Under the pieces are notes generated by a model. The model saw only the letters and a list, made by a program, of their open reading frames with translations. It had not been told where the DNA came from and did no database searches. From Azolla caroliniana (lineage: Eukaryota > Plantae > Polypodiophyta): DNA of 64,000 bases. The position numbers were made by a program, and so were the translations under genes. Location: contig JBHGNT010000051.1 in the NCBI GenBank assembly GCA_043228905.1, positions 114,669 through 178,668 of the forward strand, read 5' to 3'. Below are positions 34,686 to 47,640 of the stretch, in pieces (within the stretch, counting starts at the first letter, position 1; each line of letters begins with the position of its first letter).

Positions 34686-37600
34686 ATGGATGAATCATTT
34701 GGCGGCATGTTCAAGCTCACCGGCTCCAACTACTCAGTGTGGAAGTCGAAGATGAGGTACATGCTCGTGGTTAAAGACCTCTGGCTGCCGGTTCAGTTCG
34801 GGGACAAGAGACCGGACAAAATCGACGCCGCGATATGGGAGGTGATGCACATGAAGACAACGGCGTACATACAGTGCTTCATCGACATGAGCCTATACAA
34901 CAACTTCAATGAAGAGAGCAAGGCTCATGAGCTCTGGGAGAAGATCGGGATAATGTTTCAGAACAAAAATGTTGTCAATCAGGTGTCGGTATTCCGGAAG
35001 CTAGTAAGACTCCGGTACCAAGATGGCTCCAGCATGGCGGAGCACATGAATGCCTTCCAGGGGCTGATCCACCAGGCAACTTCATTGGAAGTACCTCTCG
35101 CCGATGAGGTACTAGCGCTACTCCTGCTTGGTTCCCTCCCGGATAGCTGGGAGACGTTGGTTGTCACTTTGGGCAACGCCGGGCCGGAAGGAAAACGGTT
35201 ATCCCTAGCAAGAGTAAGTCGAGCTTGCTAGATGAGGAGGCGCGTCGGAAAGATAAAGATACGAGCTCCGACTCCAAAGCGCTACTTATCGAATCGGAAC
35301 GCGGAAGACATAGAAACCGTAGTCCCCAGAACCGGGACAAGTCGGGGACACGGTCAAAGTCAAGAGGGAGGCCTACTTGTTTCTATTGCGGCAAGCCGGG
35401 ACACTTCCAGAAGAACTGTCGGCACTTCCGTAAAGACAAGGAAACCGACGGTGCCGATTCGAAGCGGAACCCGGACCGGAACGGTAAAGATCGGAGGGGG
35501 CCGGACCGGAAGGGAACGACGGCAATCGCGGCAAGTGAAGAAGAGTTGATGCTCATCACCGAGGAGAGTGAGATAAACCTTGCCGGCGACGAGATGACCT
35601 GGGTGGTAGACTCCGGAGCGTCGTTCCACCTTACCCCGGACCGGAAATGCTTCTCATCCTACTCAGCCGGTGACCACGGCTGTGTCCGGATGGGGAATGA
35701 AGGTACATGCCGAATTGTCGGCATAGGAGACGTGTGGCTGTCAACACCAACCGGATGCAAGTTGTTGCTGAAGGATGTCCAACACGTTCCAGAGGCTCAT
35801 TTGAACCTGATATCAGCCGGTCGGCTCGATGATGAAGGCTACACGGGTAGCATCCGGAACGGGGTCATGAAGTTCAGCAAAGGGAGCCTGTACTTGATGA
35901 ATGCCCGGCTATGTCCGGAAGAAGTGAACGGGGTCAACACCCTGTACTTGATGAATGCCCGGCTATGTCCGGAAGAAGTGAACGGGGTCAACACCCTGTA
36001 CTTGATGAATGCCCGGCTATGTCCGGAAGAAGTGAACGTGGCATCCGACACTGCCGGTGAGCTGTGGCACAAGAGGTTGTGTCATATGAGCGAGAAGGGG
36101 ATGAAGAGGCTTGCAGACGACAACCTCATTCCAGTGAAGAACGTGCACTTACAGAAGTGCACTGATTGTCTGGCCGGTAAGCAGAACCGGACCTCCTTCC
36201 GACCAAGGCCACCGATGAGACGTAATGCACCACTGGAGTTTGTGCAAACGGATGTGTGTCAGGTAGACACGAAGTCACATGCCGGAGCGCAGTACTTCGT
36301 GATGTTCATAGATGACCACAGCCGGAAGCTGTGGGCCACACCGTTGAAGACGAAGGATCAGGTGTTATCCGTCTTCAAAGAGCTCCACGCGAGAGTGGAA
36401 AGAGAAACCGGCCGGAAGCTGAAGGCGGTTCAAGCAAACAACGCAGGAGAATACCGGGGGCAGTTCGACGAGTACTGCCGCAATCCGGCTCGAATTTACC
36501 GTGCCGAAGACGCTGGAACTAAACGGACTGGCCGAGAGGATGAACCGGACCATAATGGAGAGGGTCCGGAGTATGCTAGCGCATGCAAAACTACCCAAGA
36601 AGTTTTGGGATGAGGCATTGTCGACGGCGACATACGTGATAAACAGATCACCCTCAGTACCCTTGGACGGAGACACGCCACAAAGAGTATGGACCGGTAA
36701 GGAAGTGTCCTACTGGCATCTGAAGGTGTTCGGGTGTCTCGCGTACGTGCATGTAGCAAAGGACCGGAGAGGAAAGTTAGATCCAAAGACCCGGCCATGC
36801 ATATTCCTCAGTTACGGTGACGATGAGTTCGGCTACCGAGTGTGGGACCCGGTCGACAAGAAGGTGTTCCGGAGTCGAGATATTATCTTCATGGAGGACA
36901 AGACGCTCGCCGACTGGGAGTCGGAGAAAAAGATAATGAACTCCGAGTCGACCGGTAAGGATCGATTCTACGATGAGCAGACCCAACCGGCAAGAGACCG
37001 GTTAGCACTCGAGGGACCAGCCGGTTACGGTGAGGATACCGAACAGGCTGAAGAAGAAGTAGAGGAAGCTGAAACCGGAACCGGCCAAGACCCCGAATCG
37101 GATTCGGATGAAGAGCAAATGGAAGAGCCGGTCACCGAAGCCCAAAGACGGAGATATCCTCTCAGAGAGAGAAGGGCCCCCCGGAGATTTCCGGATGCAG
37201 AGCATGTTCTGCTGACCGATGAGGGGGAGCCGGAAAGCTTCGAAGAAGCGAAGGAAGACACCCACAGCCGAAAATGGTTAAGTGCCATGCAGGATGAGAT
37301 GGATTCCCTGCATGAGAACCATACGTACGAATTGGTGGAGTTGCCGAAAGGAAAGCGGGCACTCCGAAACAAGTGGGTGTACAAGTTGAAACCGGGAGAT
37401 GCCGGCAACCCCCCGAGATACAAAGCCAGGATCATGGTGAAGGGGTTCCAGTAGAAGAAGGGCGTGGACTTCGACGAGATATTTGCCCCGGTAGTAAAGA
37501 TGACCTCCATCCGGACGGTGCTGAGTATAGCAGCAAGCATGGACCTCGACGTAGAGTAGCTGGACGTGAAGACGGCATTCCTTCACGGCGACCTTGAAGA

Positions 37601-38693
37601 GGAGATCTACATGCAGCAACTGGAAGGATTCGTGGAGAAAGGGAAGGAGCACCTGGTATGCCGGTTGAAGAAGAGCCTGTACAGACTGAAGCAGACTCCC
37701 CGACAATGGTACCAGGATGATGTGCATCCCCAACATCTGTCTTCCCGGACCCAAGTCTTTCATTGAGAAGGTCCGGTTGAGAGCCTTCTTCAGCATCCGT
37801 ATTTTGACTTGGTCCCGTCCGACGATCAACATGTCATCCACGTACAAAAGGAGTATCAGGAAGTCGCCTCCTTCAAACTTCTTCACAAACACGCAGTGAT
37901 CGGCCTGCGTCTTGTGGTACCCTTGATCGGTCATGAAGGAGTCGAACTTCCGGTAAACTACAGGCTATCCACCAAGCAAAGCCCTAAGACAAAAGCAGAG
38001 AAGGCGGATATGATGAAGATTCCATATGCCTCTGCCGTCGGGAGCCTAATGTACGCAATGGTTTGTACTCAACCGGATATAGGATACGCAGTCGGAGTGG
38101 TGAGCCGGTTCATGAGTAATCCCGGCAAGGAGCACTGGAACGCGGTCAAATGGATACTCCGGTATTTGAAGGGCACTTCAAATATGTGTCTACGATTCGG
38201 CTCCGGAAAACCTCAACTGGACGGTTTCACTGATTCGGACATGTCGGTTGATGTGGATACCAGCCGGTCTACATCCGGGTATGTAATGACATATGCAGGG
38301 GGAGCTGTTTCGTGGCAGTCGAGGCTGCAGAAGACGGTTGCATTGTCAACCACGGAGGCGGAGTACATGGCAGCTGTGGAAGCCGGCAAGGAAATTTTAT
38401 GGATGAAGGACTTCATCGGAGAGCTCGGTAAACGGCAAGAGGAATACCGACTCTATTGCGACAGTCAAAGTGCCATCCACCTTGCTAAGAATGCGGCCTA
38501 CCATTCTCGGACGAAGCATATTCAGCGGAGGTATCACTGGATCCAGGAAAGAGTAGATGACCAGGAGTTCGCACTAACGAAGATCCACACGGCCGAGAAC
38601 GGGTCAGATATGCTGACCAAAGTGCTGACACCCGACAAGTTGGACGTATGCCGGAAGAGGATCGGACTGGTAAGACACCCCATGCCGGAGTGA
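34686..38693 (+). pseudogene. gag-pol: C2 gag-pol, broken by frameshifts, stops, a triplication and an inversion
   Basis: CFYCGKPGHFQKNC, WVVDSGAS, RGKLDPK, STTEAEY; the YVDD segment is on the opposite strand at 37714-37955. Confidence 0.92.
35887..36038 (+). repeat. In-frame 54-bp triplication (LYLMNARLCPEEVNGVNT)
   Basis: Units at 35887, 35941 and 35995. Confidence 0.93.
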
Positions 38694-39632
38694 AGGGGGA
38701 CTTTGTTGGGAGACAGGTCCCTCCGGATGGGAAGGGAGAAGAACAGTGCCGATGAACAAACTCGGTCGAGGCCGATAGGGGTTTTCTGCTCTCTCTCGCT
38801 TTGTCTCTCCCTCTCCATCTCCATCTCTATTTTTTCTGTGTTTTACCGAAATGTCTTACTTCCGAACTGTACTCTGTGTCTTACGCATATGCTTCCGCAC
38901 ACGTTCTCCTTTTACAGTGGCCTCTAAATCCAACTCGTCATTGTTCTTCCGGAACGGTCCGGATGGTCCAGTTTGTATACTAATGTATGTAGATGATTTA
39001 GTCATCACCGGACCCGAACTCGATGAAATCGGCCGCATGAAGTCCCAGCTGTCGGACGCATTTGAGATGAAGGACCTGGGGCACCTTCACTATTTCCTTG
39101 GGATCAAGGTGATGACATATTGCTCTCACAATGTGACTATGTGTTGAATATGTTGTACAAGTTCGGCATGACAGAATGCCAACCTGTCCCCACACCCCTG
39201 GACCAGAACCAGAAGCTCCTTCCCGACTCCGGATCGGCCTGCGATGACAACTAGTTCCGAAAAATTGTCAAAAGCCTGATATACTTGACAATCACCTGAC
39301 CCAACATCAATTATCTGGTCGGAGTGATCAACTAATTCATGCAGAAGCCAACCATGGAGCACCTTGAGTGCACTGTCGTGGAAATCTTGGCCGGGGGGCG
39401 GTCGAACGGGACCACCGGGGTCTTTGACCAAGGAGGATGAATCGGGTGACTTGTGCTTGTAAGGAATCGACCGTCGTTTAGGTTTTCAATCGGGGCGTTC
39501 TTGTTGTCGAAGATGCTTGTGTGGGTTGACTGAGAGAAAGAGACAAAGAGAGAGAGATTGAGAAAAATATTTACCTCACCACAAAGATGTCGTGACGCAT
39601 GTGCCAAACGTCGAGATGTGTGGGTTACACGT

Positions 39633-40380
39633 TGTCGTCAAGAATTTCGGCCAGAGGCGGAAACCGGGAAACATTGGCTACATCGGCGGGGGTGCAGCGT
39701 GTGTACGCACCCGTGTACATTTAGTATGAATATCGAGGGCGCCTTGATGGCGCCAAAGAGTAGTCAAGTCGGGACAGACGATCCCATGTAAGTCGGGATT
39801 TGTCCCACATTGTAACGCATCCCTTTCCTTGTTCTATAAAAGGAAGGGAACGCCCTTTGTGTAAGGGTTTCCCATTTTGCATTAGAGGGTATACCGTTAG
39901 GTTTAGAGTTAGGTTTCTTCTTCTCCTTCTTCTCCCCCTTCGTGTTTGCTTAGGGTTTGCTTTGGTTCGGCCTCCTGTGCAAGACCTCGCTCGGCGCGAC
40001 GAGCTTAGAGCTCCCCGACGGCGGCTTGGCAGCTGACGACTACTATAACCTACCTTGGACCGGCTCGAAGCAGGGAATGTATTCTTTATATATATATACC
40101 TTTGCGTCTGTCTGTGTATATCCGCGTCTCTGTTGGTGTCTGGTGCTTCCCCTTTCCTGCGTTTCCTGTACATAGTGGCGTGAGTCGGGTCGGACTGTGT
40201 GTGCGTGTGTGTGCGTGAGTCGGTGTTAAGCACGCTCTCTCTCTCTCCCTTCGGTTGCTTCCGGGGTGTCCCCGGGATGCCCCAGAAACAGTGAAGCACG
40301 ACTTCCTACACTCCATCACTCCCTAGTCCAAGACCCCCGTGGTCCCGCCTTTCTCCACGCACGCGCGTAACAACGCGACA
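39633..40380 (+). repeat. E1 5' LTR
   Basis: TGTCG..CGACA; TATAAAA at about 39835. Confidence 0.94.
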
Positions 40381-41009
40381 TATTTGGTGAACCCGACGTG
40401 AAAGGCGGCAAGGGAGGATGGAGTCGGAAGACGAAGACCTTGCGGAGATGGTAGCCGAAGTGGTGTTGGAATCGGCACGAGTGGTGATGAGGCGAGAAAC
40501 AGCGCAAGAAGAGGTTGAGCGAGTGGTCGAAAGAGTCGGCCGTTTCAACGGGGACAAAGTCCCATCATACTTGGAAGCCTACAACACGGAAATGGAGGAG
40601 CATGGCATAGACGAGGCGTTGAGGCTGGAGTTCTTCTGCTGGGTCGTAGCTGTTCGGATGCATGCGGAAGTAAAGGAGCTCCGTGAGGCTCATAGTTCGT
40701 GGGAGGCCTTAAAAGAGGCGCTCCTAAAGGCATACGGAGGACGGCGGAAGAGCCGGGGACGGCACGACTTCGACCAATGGGTAGCATCGGCAAAGACCCA
40801 CCGGGGCGCGACGAAGGCGTTCCGAGAGTTCGAGCGACGGCTTGCTCGGCTCCCAGAGCGGGAACAAGGTTTGGTGGGGGCGGACAAGGTCCTATTGTTC
40901 GTCAGGTCGATCGACCGAGCGGAACGGGAGGCCATCGGGATTGAGCTCGAAGATGATGACGGAGCGAATGGGCTTACGGAGGACTGGTCGAAGGTCGGAA
41001 GGGTGTGCC

Positions 41010-41311
41010 TGTTGTAGACAAGGCCGTCAATGCGGAAGATCAAGTAGCATTCGATTGGGGTTGAGTACCTGCGTATGACAGTTTCCAAGATCGTGCACAG
41101 AGATAGAGAGAGAGAGAGAGAGGAGGCACAAAAGACTCTTTCTATTCAATAGAAACAATAATACAACCAACCTTACAAAAAGGTTACTAGGTCACTTTAT
41201 ATAGTGACAAACTTAGGGCAACTACCATTTATGCTAATTACACAAATGGCCCAAACTTGAGCTATACAAAGGGATAGTGTGAATACGTCCATTATACACT
41301 TGTATTCGACA
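41010..41311 (-). repeat. D2 3' LTR
   Basis: Direct repeat of 46078-46379. Confidence 0.97.
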
Positions 41312-41504
41312 CTCCCCCGTAATGGGCGTATACATGGGTTATCTAAGATTACAGGTATAAACCTAGGTTCTCGGACATATCAGTTTTGTTCGAGTCGGCA
41401 GGGTCCGAAGGCAGAAGGCCGGACTGGTCGGGTCGGAAGAGTTGAAGCCGATCATTAAGGAACTGATGTCGGTTGTCTGAAACCATCCTGCGCTGTGTCC
41501 GGCT

Positions 41505-44500
41505 CTAACCGGACTGGTTTGTCGTTACGCCCATCTGATGCCGAAGGGACCGAAAGCGGTCTGCCGAAAGACACTTGGTCATTCCATCTGCGACATTGTC
41601 GGTTGTGGATATTTTCTCTAGACCGATTTTCCCTGAAATGACGCAGTCCCGAACGAAGTGATATCGAACGTCGATATGTTTGGAGGCGTTGTGGTGAACC
41701 GGATTTTTCGACAAGGCAACAGCACCTTGACTGTCGCTATAGACAACTCGGGCCGAGTCATGGTCGACTTGTCGAAACGTGTGCGCCAGCCGGCCGAGCC
41801 ACAAAGCTTGTTTTGCAGCGTCGGACGCAGCTACATATTCTGCTTCGGTCGTTGAGGTCGTTGTGCGCTCCTGAAGTTTCGACTTCCACGAAATTGCTCC
41901 ATTGCCGAATTTGAAGCAGTATCCAGTTGTTGATTTCCGACTATCTATACAGCCGGCGAAGTCCGAGTCGGTGTAACCGACTATGCCTGAGGTTGAGTTC
42001 GGACCGAAAAGAATGCCGTGGTCTTTTGTGCCAGCCAGATATTTGAACACATGCTTGACTGCGTTCCAATGCGATCGGCCAGGATTGTGCATAAATCTAC
42101 TAACGACTCCTACGGCATGAGAAATATCAGGCCGTGTCGCGACCATCAGGTACATAAGGGAGCCGACTGCCGGTGCATACGGTACCGACTTCATATCTTC
42201 CCCCTCCGGACCGGATGTCGGGCAATCTCGCTAAGAGAGCCGAAGATTCATGGGGAGCGGGGTTGAAGCAGATTTGGCTGATTGCATGTTGAAGCGTTCC
42301 AAGACACGTCCGATATAGTCGGTCTGAGACAAAAAAAGATGTCGTTTATCACGATGCCGACTAATCTTCATGCCAAGTATGTGTCGTGCCGGACCGAGGT
42401 CCTTCATGGCAAACTTCAACCGCAATTGCCGAATGAGATCGGCAAGTTCGCCCGCGTGGGGTCCAGAAATTAGCATGTCGTCCACGTAAATGATGAGGAA
42501 GATGGGTGATCCATCTTGAGCTGTGTTGGTAAAAAGACAATGGTCCTCATCGCTTTTGGAGAAGCCGATCGATTTGATGAAGTCGTCGAACTTCTTGTAC
42601 CATTGTCGCGGTGCCTGTTTGAGGCCGTATAGACTCTTCCTGAGTCGGCAGACTAGATGTTCTTGGCCAGTTGCCACGAAGCCTTTTGGCTGCTCCATAT
42701 AAATTTCCTCTTCAAGATCACCATGGAGGAAGGCTGTTTTGACATCTAGCTGAATCAGCTCCAAGTTGTCGGCTGCCACTACGCCGAGTAGAAAACGAAG
42801 GGTTGTCATTTTCACCACTGGTGAAAAAATCTCGTCGAAGTCGACGCCATATTCTTGTCGGAAGCCCTTCGCAACTAATCTGGCCTTGTACTTTGGGGTG
42901 GTCGAATCAGACGTCTCTTTTAGTCGATAAACCCACTTGCAAGGAAGAGCACGTCGATTCTTAGGTAATTCGACCAGATCCCAAGTCTTGTTTGCCCGAA
43001 TGGAGTGCATTTCCGACTCCATCGCCAGATGCCAGGTGGCTGAATCGACAGATGTCGATGCTTCTTCGTAAGACGTCGGTTCACCGGCGTCGGTGAAGAA
43101 AATTCCAGGAGAATACCTCTCCGGAGGTTGCGACAGTCTTTCGGATCGTCGAGGTATGATTGGACTGGTCGTATCGGGTATCGAGGTCGGATGGTCCGAA
43201 AGCGAATTATTCTGCTGTGCCGAGTCAGAGTTGTCCGAGTCGGTAGTGTAAGGTTCAGCTACCCGTGAAGCTGACCGTGTGTTAGGAGCGGGGCCTTCTT
43301 GAAGGGTCGGCACATCGGAAAATGTTACCCTTCGGACTTCGATCGGTGTTTCGACTGATGGATTCATAGCCGACTCGTTGAACACAACGTCCGAACTTCG
43401 AACGATTTGTCTGCGTTCGGGGTCCCAGAGTCGGTATCCCATTTCGCCGTCTGATCCATATCCAAGGAAAATGCATTTCCTAGACCGAGGTGCAAGTTTT
43501 CAGCGATCATCCTTCGGAATAAGGGCGTACGCCTCGCATCCGAATATCCTCAGCTTGTCGTAATTCGGCTTACTGCCGATCCATAGTTCCTGAGGAATTT
43601 GAAGTCCTAGAGGTCTGCTTGGCGACATATTGATTATGTGTACTGCCGTGAGTAGAGCCTCTGCCCAGAAGCCATCCGACAGTCCGGAGTGTTGGAGCAT
43701 GGAAACTATCCGTTCTTGGATTGTCCGATTCATGCGTTCTGCAATCCCGTTTTGCTCCGGACTGTGTGGTGCCGTAAATTCACGTCGGATGCCGCGCTGT
43801 CGGCAGAATTTGACGAATTCTTCTGATTTGAACTCTCCCCCATTGTCGGTCCGAAAGCATTTCAGTTTTCGGTCAGTTTGATTTTCTACCATAGCGAGCC
43901 AATCGGAGAAGATCGAGAAGACACGATCTTTGGTGCGAATTGGATAAGCCCACACCTTTCGAGTCGAATCGTCAATAAAACTGACGAAGTAAGAGGCACC
44001 GCCGACAGACTGATGCGGCATTGGGCCACAGACGTCCGAGTGGACTAAATCGAGAGGTCTCGTTTCTGTTGGTGCTGATGTCGGGTGTGATGCGGCTGCT
44101 TGTTTGCCATACTGGCAATGTTCGCAGAATTGATGGTCCGAGAAGGAGAGTTTAGGGATGTATCCGGCTCTAGATAGGTGCGTAATGCCGGCCTTGCTGA
44201 GGTGTCCTAATCTTCTGTGCCATAGTGATGACACAGGAATATCCACCAAAAACAGGTTACCCTCTCTGAGCGTAACATGTAACGGATACAGTGAGTGTAT
44301 CTTGGGTCCTCTAGCAAGCAGGAGGTTCCCCCTGTGGAGTGTCCACCCTCCCGAAGAAAAACCGGCACGAATGCCGTCTTCATCTAGTTGTCCGACTGAG
44401 ATCAATGGCCTTGAGAGCTCGGGTACATGTCGGACATTGTGAAGTACAAGTGTAGAGCCACCTGCAAGGTTGAGCTCTACTGTGCCGATTCCAATGATGT

Positions 44501-45536
44501 CACAGTGTTGCGAGTTGCCGACTCGAACTGAGTCGGAGTGACGGATCGTATATTGCCGAAATTGGGATTGATGAGGAGTCACGTGAAATGACGCGCCCGA
44601 ATCTAAGAGCCATGTGCTCGATTCTTCAGTCGTGAGCAGAACTTCTGATCCGACTGGATTTTCGATTGATAGTATATTCGGGTCGTTTGGTAGCACATCA
44701 GCTGAGGAGCTGATGTAATTGATCTCCTCATGCCGGCCACTCTTCTTGTCTGATTTCTGAGACTTGTCGTTCTTGTTCTTGAGTGCGCGGCAGTCGGCTT
44801 TGATGTGTCCGGGTTTCTTGCAATAGTTGCAGATTCGATTATCCCGTGACTGGCTCCGTCTTCGCTGATTGTTCGGCTGCCGTGAGGAATCTCTTCCTCG
44901 TATGTTCGATCGTTCTGTCGAACCTTGTACTACTTAAGCGTCGTCTGTTGAGTCTTTGGCGAAAGACTTTCTCCGAGCTGCTTCGGTCAGGATTGCGCTC
45001 GTGACTTCGGAGTATTTAACAGCCGTGGTTGACGCGTTGCACACGGTTGTGACGAAAGTTTCCCATGATGAGGGAAGGCTGCTCATGAGTATCATTGCTC
45101 TGAGTTCATCCTCGATTGTCGTCCCCTGAGATGAGATTTGGGAGCTTATGCTTTCGTACTCATTGAGATGTGCTTTAACCGAATCTGATTCTTTCATCCG
45201 CAAGTTGTAGAGGCGCCGGATCAGAAACATCTTCGTTGCAGCGACCTTCTTTTCGTAGGTGTCCGACAGTGTTTTCCACAGTTCGAATGTTGTCGTACAC
45301 GATTGCACCGTAAAGTATACCGATTCCGATAGGTGCATCCGAATCGTGGCGCGGACGATTCTGTCCAGCTTCTGCCACTCAATTGGTTTGTATCCTTTTG
45401 GAGGTACTTCATTTTCGATGGGATCGATTTGCCCCTTGACTATGAGATAGTCCTGCATTTGCTCCTTCCAGAAGTTGAAGTTCGATCCATCGAACTTTCG
45501 TAGACTCATTTCTGACGAGCCGGATGTTGATGTCAT
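41505..45536 (-). pseudogene. gag-pol: D2 gag-pol in one frame with three premature stops (44934, 43500, 42231)
   Basis: WLLDSGAS, LVHSD/TDNGGEF/NGIAER, IIYVDDMLI, KHIDVRYHFVRD; the four ORF-track pieces are mutually in frame. Confidence 0.94.
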
Positions 45537-46077
45537 GACTCTGCCCTAAGTCGGCTACGAACTTTGGTGAAGTGCAGCGGTTTGGCCCACTCAGTGTCGT
45601 TCTAGCCGAAGTTGGACACAAGTGATGTTGATTACGGAGAATCGGGGATTTGGTTCGGATTGACTACCGACAACTGTCTTAGTCGAGTTGAACCTAGATT
45701 TAACGATCCGACAGTACTTCAAGCCGATTCGGTTTCGGTTGACTGCAACGGTGAGAGCAATGGAACCGACTGGTCCTTCCGATTATTGTCCAATCGAATG
45801 AAACACGAACTGGGGTTGTCCTTGAAGTCGTCGTTGTGCAGGAAGCCCACCTCAAGCAGTTACGATCAAGGAAGTAGAGTACAGCCGACTGGTTTACTCC
45901 GAGTGATGATCTAACGCAGCGAGATTCAAGCTTGTGTTTGCCTACTTTCTTCTCTGTTTCTTCGAATGACGCAAGAAACCGAATGCTTTGCAGACTAGGA
46001 TGAAGCGAAAGGCCGAATACTGTGCAGGTTGTGATGACGGCCGACAGCGGGTTGAGGAACCTTGCTCTGATACCAAA

Positions 46078-46379
46078 TGTTGTAGACAAGGCCGTCAATG
46101 CGGAAGATCAAGTAGCATTCGATTGGGGTTGAGTACCTGCGTATGACAGTTTCCAAGATCGTGCACAGAGATAGAGAGAGAGAGAGAGAGGAGGCACAAA
46201 AGACTCTTTCTATTCAATAGAAACAATAATACAACCAACCTTACAAAAAGGTTACTAGGTCACTTTATATAGTGACAAACTTAGGGCAACTACCATTTAT
46301 GCTAATTACACAAATGGCCCAAACTTGAGCTATACAAAGGGATAGTGTGAATACGTCCATTATACACTTGTATTCGACA
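46078..46379 (-). repeat. D2 5' LTR
   Basis: Adjacent PBS and TSD. Confidence 0.97.
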
Positions 46380-47640
46380 GTGCCAACGGCTAGACAAAGA
46401 GCGAGCCGAGAAGGCTAAGAGGAAGGGACGCGACGGCGTGCCATCACAGTGGGAAGAGGCCGAACGGCAGAGAGAGTTGGCAAGGATCGGCGTTGGGGCC
46501 AAGATTGCGGAGGCGTACGCAGCTCTCGAGGCGATGCTCGAGGAGGAGGAAAGACGGAGGCTGCAAGCCGAGACCGAGAAGACGGACTTGGCCCACGCGA
46601 CGGCAGAAGATCGGTACGACGGTACCACGGGAGAGGGTGCGGAACGAAACGCCCTCTCGACTTGCAGAGATAGAACGGCCAAGGATGAGGCCGAGATACA
46701 GATCGCAGAACCGGAACGTTGGGACCGGCGGTTTCGGGCGTGTCAGCCCGAGATCCCGGTCATTGAAGAAGCAAGCCCAGACGGGGCTTGCGCGATCGGT
46801 AAGAAGACGACCGCCGACCACGAAGAGTCGGTGGCTACGGACAAGGGCGTAAAACGGCCGGGCGATTCTTTGTGTCTTCCCACACTTGCTCCCAAGACGA
46901 TGGCAGTCGGGCCCGAGTACCCACGTGAGTCCCAAGCGGAGGAAGGCGGCGGCGGAGGGCCAAGAATCACCGGCGAGACGATACGGGGAAAGAGCGGACG
47001 AAAGCCCACGGACCCGATTCCGGGGAACTCGGCATTCGGGCCAGTGTGCCCATGTAAGACCGAGGAGATGGATGGCGGTACTAAGGAGTCCTGGCATGAT
47101 GCCAGCGAAGATGGATGGGAAACGGCCTGTGAGGAGACCGAGGACGGACGCGGCACGAGGAGATCGGCATTCCGATACGGGTGGAGCGTAATCCGGTCGT
47201 GGATCATTCGATCGGGGCCGGATTCGGCATGAAGGTGCTGATACGGGAGAGGGTGCGGGACGAGCCGCCCTCTTTTACATGGGGAGAAAGACCGACTAGG
47301 CGAAGGTCGAGATTTGGAAAGAGAATGAAAGCCGGTCCTATCGGATTCCTTACACCGATCCGGCTGCAGGCCCAAGTGCCGGCGTGAGTCCTATAAGAGA
47401 GATTGGTGGCGATAGGAGAACGGGACTCGACAATCTGAAGAAGGACGAACGGACCCGGACGAGAACCGGGCAGAGCGGACTCCCGGATGACCATTCCGGG
47501 AGGGAGGAAGAGAGCGGGCCTACGAACAGGCCGAGGACACGGTAAGTCGGTACCACGGGAGAGGGTGCGGAGTAAACCACCCTCTCGGCATGCGGAAAAG
47601 GACAACCCAGGACAGGGTCGAGAAGGCGATGTACGCCCGA

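Larger units (their letters stand above)
33906..38765 (+). mobile_element. C2: Tnt1/Tork-like Copia element with internal rearrangements; 3' LTR truncated by a deletion
   Basis: 5' LTR 33906-34656. PBS TGGTATCAGAGC at 34659-34670. PPT at about 38690-38700. 3' LTR 38704 to about 38765. Right TSD lost. Confidence 0.92.
28419..38916 (+). mobile_element. A3: degenerate family A Copia element; its 3' LTR hosts C2
   Basis: TSD GTGGC at 28414-28418 and 38917-38921. 5' LTR 28419-28840. PBS TGGTATAAGAGC at 28841-28852. 3' LTR split into 33735-33905 and about 38785-38916. Confidence 0.93.
27811..39373 (+). pseudogene. pol: H0: outermost old family-A-like Copia RT remnant (27811-28418 and 38922-39373), split by A3
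   Basis: [25 protein letters not shown]; removing A3 restores GFVASKSNSSLF..LMYVDDLVITG. Confidence 0.88.
41010..46379 (-). mobile_element. D2: full-length, very young Ty1/Copia element
   Basis: 302-bp LTRs at 41010-41311 and 46078-46379 appear identical. TSD GTGCC at 41005-41009 and 46380-46384. PBS-iMet at 46064-46075(-). PPT at 41312-41327(-). Confidence 0.97.
40418..47232 (+). pseudogene. gag: E1 Gag-like ORF (40418-41009 + 46385-47232; 479 aa once D2 is removed)
   Basis: Removing D2 and one TSD gives in-frame KVGRVC-QRLDKERAEK..GVPSQWEE. Confidence 0.87.

Noticed and set aside
41505-45536. RNA editing repairing the D2 stops
   Set aside because: U-to-C editing is organellar, and the TAA looks Tyr-derived; ordinary mutation is sufficient
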